This document shows positions 1 to 8,623 of a stretch of DNA of 10,798 nucleotides, one piece after another. The position numbers and the translations under genes are program-made. The first letter of the stretch is position 1; each line of letters opens with the position of its first letter. The notes below the pieces were generated by a model, which saw only the letters and a list, made by a program, of their open reading frames with translations, did not search any database and was not told the origin of the DNA. Source of the DNA: Pseudothermotoga sp. (GTDB lineage: Bacteria > Thermotogota > Thermotogae > Thermotogales > DSM-5069); NCBI GenBank assembly GCA_041640575.1, contig JBEPZZ010000061.1, forward strand, positions 1 through 10,798, given 5' to 3'.

Positions 1-2
1 GT

Positions 3-1655
3 GTAACGTTTTTGATGCTTCGTGATCGATATGGTCAGACTCAAGTTGTGATTCCAGAAGGCTTATCGATTTCGTTAAAAAGAGAAACTGTTATAAAAGT
101 TGAAGGTATAGTCAGGGAAAGGCCAAAGGAAAACGTAAACAAGGAACTTGAAACGGGAGAAATAGAAGTCTTCTCGGAAAGAATAGAAATTCTCTCAGCG
201 CCATCCAAAGAGGCACCTTTTTATCCAAGTGATACCTCTCTTCCCTCGGAGGAAGTCAGGTTGAAATACCGTTACCTAGATCTGAGAAGAAGTGAGGTGA
301 TGGAAAAGCTTCTTTTGAGGCATTCAGTCGCACTCTCTGTACGAAATTATCTTTCGAAAAACGGATTTGTGGAAGTTGAAACACCATTCCTCACAAAAAG
401 TACTCCCGAAGGTGCAAGAGACTTTTTGGTCCCATGTAGGTTGAAACCTGGTACTTTTTATGCTCTGCCTCAATCACCACAACTCTTCAAACAGATCTTA
501 ATGGTCGGGGGATTGGATAGGTATTTTCAAATTGTTAGATGCTTCAGAGATGAAGATTTAAGAGCAGATAGGCAACCTGAATTCACCCAGATAGATATTG
601 AAATGTCCTTCGTCACCAGAGAAGATATCCTTCAATTGGTAGAAGGAATGTTAAAACATGTTTTCAAAGAAGTCTTAGGTGTAGGCTTACCAGAAAAGTT
701 CGATCGTATTTCCTATGAGCAGTGCATGAACGATTATGGAAGCGATAAACCAGATAGAAGGATAGGAATGAAATTTACGAATTTAACCGATCTTTTTACC
801 AACTGTCAGCTTCAAATTATAAGGTCCACGCTTGACACGAAGGGAATGATCAAAGGATTCGTTGTGAACAATTTTGCACACCACTTGACCCGAAAAGTTG
901 TGGATCAATTGGAGCAGATTGCGAAAGAAAAAGGACTTGGTGGAATACTATGGTTTTCCATAGAAGGTGGAAAAGTTGCTCGTGGAAGTTTGTTGAAACA
1001 TCTTGAAAAGGAGTACTCCCTGATTTCAGAAAATCTTGCCATGAAGGAGCAAGATGTTTGCGTAATATGTGCAGGAGATCAGTCAAAGGTCAACGTTACA
1101 CTTGGGGAAATCAGAAAAGCAATAGGCGACCAATATTTGAGCCATTTGAAAAAAGGTTTCGACGTGTTTTGGGTATTGGATTTCCCAATGTTTGAATGGG
1201 ATGACGAGGAAAAAAGATATGTAGCACAGCATCACCCATTCACAATGCCAAATCTTGAAGATTTAGAGAAGTATTCCGAAACCGATCTGTCAAAGATCAG
1301 AGCCCAGTCATATGATATAGTTATTAACGGATTTGAACTTGGATCGGGCAGCATACGTATTCACAACGCGGACCTTCAGAGGAAAGTTTTCCAGTTGATG
1401 CAGTTGAATGAGGATGAAATAAAATTGAAGTTTGGGTTCCTGCTAGAGGCATTTCAGTATGGAACACCCCCACACGGGGGAATAGCACTTGGTATGGACA
1501 GATTAACGGCTATTATGTGTGGTGCAAGTTCAATACGAGATGTTATAGCTTTCCCGAAAACTTCAAGTGGAACTTGTCCACTTACAGGGGCACCAGATGT
1601 TGTTAGTGAAAAGCAATTAAGGGAATTAAAAATAAAGATAACAGGAGGGGAATAA
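3..1655 (+). CDS. aspS: Aspartate--tRNA ligase (bacterial-type AspRS), 5' end lies upstream of the window
   Basis: Frame is open from base 3 (VTFLMLRDRYGQTQV, matching the F-x-x-LRD segment of the anticodon-binding OB fold), so the TTG at 12 is not the true start. Class II motifs are present: LKYRYLDLRR, VETPFLTKSTPEGARDFLVP, LPQSPQLFKQ, CFRDEDLRADRQPEFTQIDIEMSF, HHPFT, GSIRIH, PPHGGIALGMDR. A GAD-type insertion is also present. Stop TAA 1653-1655. Confidence 0.98.
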   Translation, partial: VTFLMLRDRYGQTQVVIPEGLSISLKRETVIKVEGIVRERPKENVNKELETGEIEVFSERIEILSAPSKEAPFYPSDTSLPSEEVRLKYRYLDLRRSEVMEKLLLRHSVALSVRNYLSKNGFVEVETPFLTKSTPEGARDFLVPCRLKPGTFYALPQSPQLFKQILMVGGLDRYFQIVRCFRDEDLRADRQPEFTQIDIEMSFVTREDILQLVEGMLKHVFKEVLGVGLPEKFDRISYEQCMNDYGSDKPDRRIGMKFTNLTDLFTNCQLQIIRSTLDTKGMIKGFVVNNFAHHLTRKVVDQLEQIAKEKGLGGILWFSIEGGKVARGSLLKHLEKEYSLISENLAMKEQDVCVICAGDQSKVNVTLGEIRKAIGDQYLSHLKKGFDVFWVLDFPMFEWDDEEKRYVAQHHPFTMPNLEDLEKYSETDLSKIRAQSYDIVINGFELGSGSIRIHNADLQRKVFQLMQLNEDEIKLKFGFLLEAFQYGTPPHGGIALGMDRLTAIMCGASSIRDVIAFPKTSSGTCPLTGAPDVVSEKQLRELKIKITGGE

Positions 1656-1656
1656 G

Positions 1657-1989
1657 GTGAACGGTATCAGCGTAAAATTCGAGCAGATAGGGTCAAAGAT
1701 GATCTGTAAAATCAATGGTGATATTGACGCGTATCATTCGGCAGAGGTTAAGAAAACGCTCAAAGAGGAAATGGAAAAAACCTCAGCTGAAAAGGTTGTT
1801 CTTGACATGTCTGAAGTCCCTTACGTTGACAGTGCAGGTTTGGGAATCATGGTTGCGCTTTTGAAAATATCAAGGTCATTGAACAAGGAACTGATTCTAG
1901 CATCTTTGAAGCAGAACGTGAGGAGAATATTCGAAATGACAAGGCTTGATAAAGTATTTAGGATTGTTGATACTGTAGAGGAGGCTTGA
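1657..1989 (+). CDS. STAS-domain anti-sigma-factor antagonist (SpoIIAA/RsbV family)
   Basis: 110 aa with GDIDAY and VVLDMSEVPYVDSAGLG (conserved phospho-acceptor Ser motif DSxGLG), plus VRRIFEMTRL. GTG start preceded by SD AGGAGGGG (1643-1650). Confidence 0.95.
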   Translation: MNGISVKFEQIGSKMICKINGDIDAYHSAEVKKTLKEEMEKTSAEKVVLDMSEVPYVDSAGLGIMVALLKISRSLNKELILASLKQNVRRIFEMTRLDKVFRIVDTVEEA

Positions 1990-2666
1990 GATTGGCCAAA
2001 CGAATTCTAATTGCTATTGATGGGCCTGCTGGCTCTGGAAAATCAACAATAGCAAAACTTTTGGCCAAAAGGCTTAGGATAAATTATTTGGACACCGGAG
2101 CTATGTATAGAGCTCTCGCGTGCTACTTATCTTCGAAAGGACTTTCTCCAAAAGATGATCTATCCAAAGAACTTGAAAATATTAAAGTGGAGTACAGAAA
2201 TGGCGAAATTTACATAAATGGCGAAAAAATGGGTGAGTTTATAAGATCACCCGAAGCAGGAAAGCTGGCTTCTGATTTTGCGGCAGTTCAATCTGTTCGA
2301 GAGATACTAACTAGGATTCAAAGATCGATCTGTGAAAACGGAGCGTTTGTAGTAGATGGGCGAGATATCGGAACGGTTGTTCTACCACATGCGGATGTTA
2401 AAATTTTTCTCACAGCTTCGTTTGAGGAAAGGGTAAGAAGAAGGTTAAGAGAACTTCAGGAAAAGGGAATTCGTACCACTTATGAGGAAGTTGCAAAGGA
2501 GTTGCAGCTCAGAGATTCTCAAGACTCAAACAGGTCAATAGCTCCTTTGAAACCAGCTGATGATGCCTTCATTGTTGACACTACTGGCAGAACAATAGAT
2601 GAAGTTTTGGCACAGATTTGCAAAATTATTTCTGGGAGAGCTGACTGTGAATATCATTGTTGCTGA
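1986..2666 (+). CDS. cmk: Cytidylate kinase
   Basis: IAIDGPAGSGKST P-loop, YLDTGAMYRA, DGRDIGTVVLPHADVKIFLTAS, RDSQDSNRSIAPLKPADDA. TTG start overlaps the upstream stop (TTGA, 1986-1989). An alternative in-frame TTG at 1992 is possible. Confidence 0.97.
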   Translation: MRLAKRILIAIDGPAGSGKSTIAKLLAKRLRINYLDTGAMYRALACYLSSKGLSPKDDLSKELENIKVEYRNGEIYINGEKMGEFIRSPEAGKLASDFAAVQSVREILTRIQRSICENGAFVVDGRDIGTVVLPHADVKIFLTASFEERVRRRLRELQEKGIRTTYEEVAKELQLRDSQDSNRSIAPLKPADDAFIVDTTGRTIDEVLAQICKIISGRADCEYHCC

Positions 2667-3486
2667 AAACATAGGGTTTTGCTTTGGTGTAAAAAGAGCT
2701 CTCGATGCAGTAATTGAGCAATTGCAACAAGGTGAAAAGGTTTACCTGCTTGGAGAGCTGGTTCACAACACCAGCGTTATGAACTATCTTAAACAGAATG
2801 GTGTTGAGGTGATTTCTCTAGATAAAATACCAAAAGATAGTAAGGATTCAGTTCTGGTTGTTAGAGCGCATGGTATACCACCAGAGGATTACGATACTGG
2901 TGCTAGGCATTTCAAAAGAATTGTTGATACAACTTGTCCCATTGTTCAAAGACTTTTTCAGCTTGTCCAGAGAATGAAGAATGATGGTTATAAAATATTA
3001 GTCTACGGGAAAAATGACCACCCAGAAATGATAGCTTTAAAAGGATACGTCAAAGATGCAATCGTTGAGACTAATCCTGTTCGATTGTCCGGAAAGATTT
3101 GCCTTGTTTCGCAGACAACAATGTCTACAGATGATCTATTAAAGTTTGCCTCTAAAACATTAGAGATTTCCGATGCGACTGAGTTTAGATTCTTTAACAC
3201 TATTTGCCAAGTTACAGCGCAAAGAGAAATTGAAACCAAGCAAATTGCAGCTAAAAGTCAAGTTGTAATTGTAGTTGGGGGTAAACATAGTTCAAACACA
3301 AAGAAACTTGTTGCAATTGCAGAGCGGTACACAAGAGTAATTCATGTAGAAGTGCCTGAAGAAATTGATATATTTAACTTAAAAAGATTTGATACAGTTG
3401 GTCTTGTTTCTGGCACTTCAACAGCATATGAGGATGTGAAAAGGATCATCGAAAAATTGTGCAACAGGAGGGAAAAGGATGAGTAA
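2647..3486 (+). CDS. ispH: 4-hydroxy-3-methylbut-2-enyl diphosphate reductase (IspH/LytB, MEP pathway)
   Basis: Three Fe-S cysteines (GFCFGV, DTTCP, TICQVT), plus VHN, RAHG, HPE, SQTT and VVGGKHSSNT motifs. Start re-assigned from 2599 to GTG 2647 (VNIIVAENIGFC), which matches the family N-terminus and follows SD-like GGGAGAG (2634-2640). Confidence 0.96.
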   Translation: MNIIVAENIGFCFGVKRALDAVIEQLQQGEKVYLLGELVHNTSVMNYLKQNGVEVISLDKIPKDSKDSVLVVRAHGIPPEDYDTGARHFKRIVDTTCPIVQRLFQLVQRMKNDGYKILVYGKNDHPEMIALKGYVKDAIVETNPVRLSGKICLVSQTTMSTDDLLKFASKTLEISDATEFRFFNTICQVTAQREIETKQIAAKSQVVIVVGGKHSSNTKKLVAIAERYTRVIHVEVPEEIDIFNLKRFDTVGLVSGTSTAYEDVKRIIEKLCNRREKDE

Positions 3487-5098
3487 AGAGAGCATGGAGA
3501 ATTTTGAGAGATACCTGGAAAATTTCGTGGAGATATCGCCGGGGCAGGTAATCGAAGGAACAGTTACTAAGGTTAACCCCGGTGAAGGTGTTTATGTCGA
3601 TTGTCAAGCTAAGCTGGAAGGGTTTGTTCCAACTAACGAGCTGGTTCTGCCGCTTGAGAACTATAAGATCGGTCAGAAACTGACTTTACAAGTTCTGAAG
3701 GTTAACGATGAAGAAGGATCTGTGATACTTTCTGAGAAAAAACCTCATATGAGGTTACTCAAATCCAAGCTTAAAGAAGCTCATGAAAAAGGTGAGATAG
3801 TTAAGGGAAAAATTATAAGTTCAGTTCCAAATGGTTATCTAGTGTCTCTTTACAATGTGTTTGAAGCTTTCTTGCCTGGATCTCATTCTATGCTTAAGAA
3901 AGATAGCTCGATACCACAGGAAGAGTTAGATTTTGTAATAATGGAATGTGAATTTGGCAAAAGAAGGCAACGAATTGTTGTCTCTAGGAAAATGCTTTTT
4001 GAAAAACAAAGAAAAGAGTTTTTCTCCAATCATAAAGTAGGCGATGTCGTTGAAGGCGTAGTTGAAAAAATCGACGAAAGTCACGCTCTTTTGAACCTTG
4101 GCCCGGTTGTGGCATTTCTACCTAGGTCTGAGGTTTCGCACGATGCTAGGTTATCACCTTTGGATGTTCTTAAAAAAAGAGAAAGGGTTAAAGTAAAAAT
4201 CACGGAAATAGATGAAGCTTCCTCAAACGTTGTCGTAAGCCTAAAAGCGATGGAACCAGATCCATGGCAAAAGGTAGCCGAGAAGTATCCAGTTGGTAAG
4301 ATCGTTCAAGGCACAGTAAGAAGTATCGTACCGTTTGGCTTGTTCGTAAACTTGGAACCTGGTATAGATGGTTTGGTAAGGATTTCTGAAATTTTCTGGG
4401 GCAACAAAAAAGTCGATTTACACAAGTACTTTAAGGTAGGTCAACTCATTCAAGTTGAAGTTGTAGAAGTAGATCCACAGGGAAAGAGAATTGGCTTGAG
4501 TTATAAAAGGGCAAAAGGAGATCCATGGGAAAACATTTTTGAAAAATTTAAAGAAGGTGATGTCGCTTACGGTTCGATCTTGAAAGTGATAACGACCGGT
4601 TTGATAGTTGAACTTGAAGATGGTATCAGTGGCTTTGTTCCAAAATCAGAGCTCGCGTGGGATAAAGTCAAAGATCCTACGCAAGATTTTAAGGAAGGTC
4701 AAAAGGTTCGAGTAAAAATACTTTCGATTGATGACAAACAAAGAAGAATCAGACTCAGCGTTAAACAATTGACATCAGATCCATGGAACGAGGTTTTGGT
4801 GAAGCTCAATGAAGGCAGTGAGGTCAAGGCAAAGGTTCAATCAAAAGTGAACTCTGGCTACGTGGTTCGACTTGCTGATTTTAACGTAGAAGGTTTCATG
4901 CCATCGTCCCATGCTTCGGAAGAGCTCAAAGAAGGCGATGAAATTGAAGTTTTGGTTCTTAGACTTATACCTGAGCGTCGTAAAGTTCTTGTCAGTCAAA
5001 AGAAATTAGAAGAAAAAAGAGCTTACGAAGAGTACAGGAAAAATGTTAAAGCCTTAACTTCAGAAAATACGCTGGCAAACAAAATTAATAAGAAGTAA
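3479..5098 (+). CDS. rpsA: 30S ribosomal protein S1 (about six S1/OB repeats)
   Basis: Repeated S1 units (GQVIEGTV, GEIVKGKI, GDVVEGVV, GKIVQGTV...FGLFV, GDVAYGSI, GSEVKAKV) with DPW linkers. SD AGGAGGG at 3466-3472. Canonical cmk-ispH-rpsA-der context. Confidence 0.96.
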   Translation: MSKESMENFERYLENFVEISPGQVIEGTVTKVNPGEGVYVDCQAKLEGFVPTNELVLPLENYKIGQKLTLQVLKVNDEEGSVILSEKKPHMRLLKSKLKEAHEKGEIVKGKIISSVPNGYLVSLYNVFEAFLPGSHSMLKKDSSIPQEELDFVIMECEFGKRRQRIVVSRKMLFEKQRKEFFSNHKVGDVVEGVVEKIDESHALLNLGPVVAFLPRSEVSHDARLSPLDVLKKRERVKVKITEIDEASSNVVVSLKAMEPDPWQKVAEKYPVGKIVQGTVRSIVPFGLFVNLEPGIDGLVRISEIFWGNKKVDLHKYFKVGQLIQVEVVEVDPQGKRIGLSYKRAKGDPWENIFEKFKEGDVAYGSILKVITTGLIVELEDGISGFVPKSELAWDKVKDPTQDFKEGQKVRVKILSIDDKQRRIRLSVKQLTSDPWNEVLVKLNEGSEVKAKVQSKVNSGYVVRLADFNVEGFMPSSHASEELKEGDEIEVLVLRLIPERRKVLVSQKKLEEKRAYEEYRKNVKALTSENTLANKINKK

Positions 5099-5099
5099 T

Positions 5100-6407
5100 A
5101 TGGCTATCGTTGTAATTGCCGGTAGAACTAATGTTGGCAAGTCCACTCTCTTCAATAGATTAATTGGCAGACGTAAAGCAATAACCGAGGATGTCGAAGG
5201 TGTGACACGTGATTCAATCAAAGGTCTCGTCGAGTATGACGAGACCGTTTTCGAATTGTATGATACTTGTGGCGTCTTTTTAGATGCTGATGATGAAATG
5301 CTTTCTTCCATGAGAAACAGAGCTTTCAAAACCTATGAAAAAGCCGATCTGATTCTTTTTGTAGTTGATGGTCGTGTTGGAATAACAGCGGAAGATGAAT
5401 ATGTTGCGGAAAAGCTTAGAAAATTAGGTAAGAAAGTCATACTTGTTGTGAACAAAGCTGAAAATCAAAAGATAATCGACACAAATATGGGTGATTTTTT
5501 GAGGCTTGGCTTTTCAGACTGTGTGACAGTAAGTGCGTTGCATGGTCAAAACATAGACGTACTTTTGGATAAGATATCCCAGCACCTTAAGTCGTTAAAA
5601 ACAGAAAAGATTTCCGAAGACATTGAATATCCAAAAATTGCAATTGTAGGAAAACCCAACGTTGGGAAATCGTCACTTTTCAACACTATCCTAAAAGAGG
5701 ATAGGGCAACAGTCACGTCAATTCCAGGGACAACAAGAGATCCAGTGGACGAACTAGTGAATTTTAGCGGGAAAAATTACATTTTTATTGATACAGCTGG
5801 ATTAAGGCGAAAAAGCAGAATCGAGTACAAGAGCTTGGAACACTTTAGCATTGCGCGAACAATTGATACGATTGAAGCCGCTGATGTGGTGTTGTTCCTA
5901 ATAGACGCATCCCAAGGAGTCACGAGGCAAGACAAAAGAATAGCAGATTTGATCCTCAGAAAAGGTAGAGCAATGGTGGTAGTGGTAAGTAAATGCGATT
6001 TGCTAGATGCTTCATGGCAACAGTACAAAAACTGGATTTATGGGCAGATGCATTTCGTTGGTGAATTCGATGTGGTGTTCACAAGTGCAGTAAAAGGGTA
6101 TGGTATCAAAGAATTATTCATAGCTATTGATGAGGCTTATTCATCATTTTGCCGTATGGTTTCAAAGGCTAGTTTGAACAACCTTGTTTCACAGTTATCT
6201 ATACTTTCACCACATCTTGCAAGTGGAGACCTTCAAGTTTTGTCGATAAAACAGATTGGTGTAAAACCACCGCGATTTGCTGTAACTGTCAACAAGAAGG
6301 GCCTTGCTAACGAGCAGATATCCCGCAGCCTTGAAAAGCTCATTAGGCAGAGAGTAGACAAATTCAAAGGATCGCCCCTAAACTTAGTTTTCAAGGGGAG
6401 GCGTTGA
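5100..6407 (+). CDS. der: Ribosome biogenesis GTPase Der (EngA), tandem G domains plus KH-like C-terminus
   Basis: GD1: GRTNVGKS, GVTRD, DTCG, NKAE. GD2: GKPNVGKSS, GTTRD, DTAGLRRK, SKCD. C-terminal QIGVKPPRF...FKGSPL. Confidence 0.97.
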   Translation: MAIVVIAGRTNVGKSTLFNRLIGRRKAITEDVEGVTRDSIKGLVEYDETVFELYDTCGVFLDADDEMLSSMRNRAFKTYEKADLILFVVDGRVGITAEDEYVAEKLRKLGKKVILVVNKAENQKIIDTNMGDFLRLGFSDCVTVSALHGQNIDVLLDKISQHLKSLKTEKISEDIEYPKIAIVGKPNVGKSSLFNTILKEDRATVTSIPGTTRDPVDELVNFSGKNYIFIDTAGLRRKSRIEYKSLEHFSIARTIDTIEAADVVLFLIDASQGVTRQDKRIADLILRKGRAMVVVVSKCDLLDASWQQYKNWIYGQMHFVGEFDVVFTSAVKGYGIKELFIAIDEAYSSFCRMVSKASLNNLVSQLSILSPHLASGDLQVLSIKQIGVKPPRFAVTVNKKGLANEQISRSLEKLIRQRVDKFKGSPLNLVFKGRR

Positions 6408-6410
6408 TTT

Positions 6411-7019
6411 ATGATGTACCTAGTTGCTGGATTAGTTTCTTATTTCTGCGGTGCAATTCCATTTAGTTACTTGTTGCCAAAGTTGAAAAAGGTTGATGTT
6501 AGAACAATTGGTAGTGGTAATGTGGGCGGTACTAATGCTTTGCGTGCTGCCGGACCGTTTGTTGGACTGTTATGCATGGTGTTAGATAGCATAAAAGCTT
6601 TCATACCTGTACTCATTTTTTCTAAGATATCAGATGGTGATCCAAAAGTTATGGGTTTAGCGGCTATAGCAGCAGTTCTTGGACATGATTTTCCGGTATT
6701 TTTGAAATTCAAAGGTGGCAAGGGTGTCGCTAGCACAGTTGGGGTGATGTTTGCTGTTTGTTATCCGTGTGGTTTTGTCTTTCTTGCTGCTTGGTTGGCG
6801 GTGATTTTTGCAACTAAATACGTTTCCCTAGGTTCTGTAATCGGTCTTTATTCAGCTTCTGCAGTTGGTTTTTTCTTCAAAACAGACTTTGGCGTCTTGT
6901 TCCTAATATTGGCAACTTTGTCTACTATTAAGCATTCAGAAAACATAGAAAGATTGCTGAGGGGTAATGAAAGAAAAACTGACTTGATATCGATATTCAT
7001 GAAGAGGCGATCTTCTTGA
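6411..7019 (+). CDS. plsY: Glycerol-3-phosphate acyltransferase PlsY
   Basis: Hydrophobic 202-aa protein with GAIPF, DVRTIGSGNVGGTNALR, LDSIK, GHDFPVFLKFKGGKGVAS and KHSENIERLLRGNE motifs. SD GGGGAGG at 6395-6401. Confidence 0.97.
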   Translation: MMYLVAGLVSYFCGAIPFSYLLPKLKKVDVRTIGSGNVGGTNALRAAGPFVGLLCMVLDSIKAFIPVLIFSKISDGDPKVMGLAAIAAVLGHDFPVFLKFKGGKGVASTVGVMFAVCYPCGFVFLAAWLAVIFATKYVSLGSVIGLYSASAVGFFFKTDFGVLFLILATLSTIKHSENIERLLRGNERKTDLISIFMKRRSS

Positions 7020-8623
7020 AGCGGTTTGTGACTATATTTTTTCTGGTACTGTATTTTATCGTGACCTTTGGAATTATCACTGAAGAACAAGCTCGCGAAA
7101 ATTTTTCAAAAGCTCTTCTAGCTTGGTATGAAGGTGATGTGAAAAAAGCAAAAGAACTAATGGAAATAGCTACATCGGGTCTTATATATGTCACCGATAT
7201 ACCAGAATTTTGGTATTTTATGGCAAAAATCGACATTGATATGAGGGCCATTCAAAAGGCGCAGGAAGATCTGAAAACCATCTTGGTTGTGAGTCCAGGG
7301 AAGGATGAGGTTGTTTCATTGCTCAAAGAGATAGAAATTCTTCAACGACCACCAAAGTTTGCAAAACCTATTGTGTTCGATAGATTGTTAAGTGTACAAG
7401 GTTATTCCGAAGGTATAGAGTATTTCTACACGCCAACGGCTGTAACTCTTTACGGGGATACTGTCATTATCGCCGATCAAGCCAATAAAAGGATAGTTTT
7501 CTACAAATACGGTCAGTATTATGTAATCAAAACTTCCGTGGAACCAATTTCTATTGAAATATCTCCAAATGGAACGTTGTTTGTCGCTAGCAGAAAGAAA
7601 CTTATAAAAATCGATTCAAGCAACGGTAATGAAAAAGTGATTTATGATGGATTTGCGAACGCATTGTTAGCAGGTTTCGACAAAATTGGTAGGCTTTGGG
7701 GAAGTGACGTAAACAGGCTGTTTTACGTTGATGGGGAGGAAATTGTTCTAATAAATCTGCAAGACTTCTATGCTATTCAAGATGCTGAAGTGACATTGAA
7801 TGGAATTTGGGCTCTGGATATCTTGCGGAACAAGTTGATTCTTTTTGATTTCACCGGTAAAAAAATCGAAGAAAGGGATGCTCACGGTAGCTGGAGCTTT
7901 GAGGTAACAGTATCAGGTGATCCAGTAGTACTGACAAAAAACGGTGAACTTGTTCTTGTTGGGGAAAACGGTCATCAAGCACTCCATAAATTTAGCCAGG
8001 CTACAACTATCTTTGACTACAGATACCCGTTTTTAATTGTTTTTGATTGGCATAAACATGCTGTTGATTTATACCCCATGAAGGGAGAAGAACCAATCTT
8101 TGTCAAAATTGACAGTTTAAGTTTTTCGGAAGAAACGATCAAATTGAATTTCAGGGTTGAAAATATCTTTGGTGACACGGTTCCGTACTTATCAAATTTG
8201 CTTCAAGTGCGTGAAGGTGGAGGACCTGTGTATTTCGAGCTTAAAATTGATCATACTGAGATCGAATGGTTAAAGGCTGAAGATCAGTTCTTTGGTTCTG
8301 TTTTACCTTATCTTCGAAGAGGTAAAGCCTATGGAATCTTGTTTGATAAATTTCCAAGACAGTTTGTTCAGACTGATCTTGTGACTCTTAAAGGTAAAAA
8401 TGTCAGAATCTTCGTTTCAGAGAGACCAAACGAATACGTTTTCCTTTCTGGTGGAGCAGGATATTTAAATTCCCAAAGAAGGATTTTGCGAAGTTTTTAC
8501 AGTGTTTCATTCAAAAGGACTCGGCCTATTCCTTCGGATATAACTTCGGTGACAATATCAGTAAAGATAGGAGAAAAACTTTACTCTGACACCATTTATT
8601 ACACTCGGGGAATGATTCAATGA
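7016..8623 (+). CDS. Uncharacterised exported or membrane-anchored protein: N-terminal signal/TM segment, TPR-like helices, NHL-like six-blade beta-propeller, C-terminal Ig/vWA-like region
   Basis: 535-aa ORF, TTG start overlapping the plsY stop, SD GAAGAGG 7001-7007. MKR plus hydrophobic stretch (aa 1-21). Helical TPR-like segment aa ~25-110 (WYFMAKIDIDMRAIQKAQEDLKTILVVSP). NHL-like repeat FYTPTAVTLYGDTVIIADQANKRI and about five more ~38-aa repeats to aa ~355. Domain calls are by eye. Confidence 0.75.
   Translation: MKRFVTIFFLVLYFIVTFGIITEEQARENFSKALLAWYEGDVKKAKELMEIATSGLIYVTDIPEFWYFMAKIDIDMRAIQKAQEDLKTILVVSPGKDEVVSLLKEIEILQRPPKFAKPIVFDRLLSVQGYSEGIEYFYTPTAVTLYGDTVIIADQANKRIVFYKYGQYYVIKTSVEPISIEISPNGTLFVASRKKLIKIDSSNGNEKVIYDGFANALLAGFDKIGRLWGSDVNRLFYVDGEEIVLINLQDFYAIQDAEVTLNGIWALDILRNKLILFDFTGKKIEERDAHGSWSFEVTVSGDPVVLTKNGELVLVGENGHQALHKFSQATTIFDYRYPFLIVFDWHKHAVDLYPMKGEEPIFVKIDSLSFSEETIKLNFRVENIFGDTVPYLSNLLQVREGGGPVYFELKIDHTEIEWLKAEDQFFGSVLPYLRRGKAYGILFDKFPRQFVQTDLVTLKGKNVRIFVSERPNEYVFLSGGAGYLNSQRRILRSFYSVSFKRTRPIPSDITSVTISVKIGEKLYSDTIYYTRGMIQ

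Noticed and set aside
2599..2646. 16-aa N-terminal extension of IspH given by the ORF track
   Set aside because: It overlaps cmk by 68 nt. Family similarity starts at GTG 2647, which has its own SD-like sequence.
2640..2666. Cys-rich Cmk tail (DCEYHCC) as a possible metal or redox site
   Set aside because: It is the alternative-frame reading of the ispH start within a 20-nt overlap, so most likely a by-product.
3460..3486. Possible programmed frameshift producing an IspH-S1 fusion like the clostridial bifunctional protein
   Set aside because: A +1 shift would be needed, no recognisable shift site is present, and rpsA has its own strong SD and ATG.
4255..4790. Recurring AGATCCATGG motif in rpsA (three copies, about 260 nt apart)
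   Set aside because: It encodes the DPW linker between S1 repeats. It is a protein-level repeat, not a CRISPR or DNA element.
850..7251. Short antisense ORFs (850-1086, 3003-3239, 5060-5329, 5777-6028, 6467-6736, 6848-7090, 6997-7251)
   Set aside because: All are shadows of well-supported genes on the opposite strand, with no recognisable motifs.
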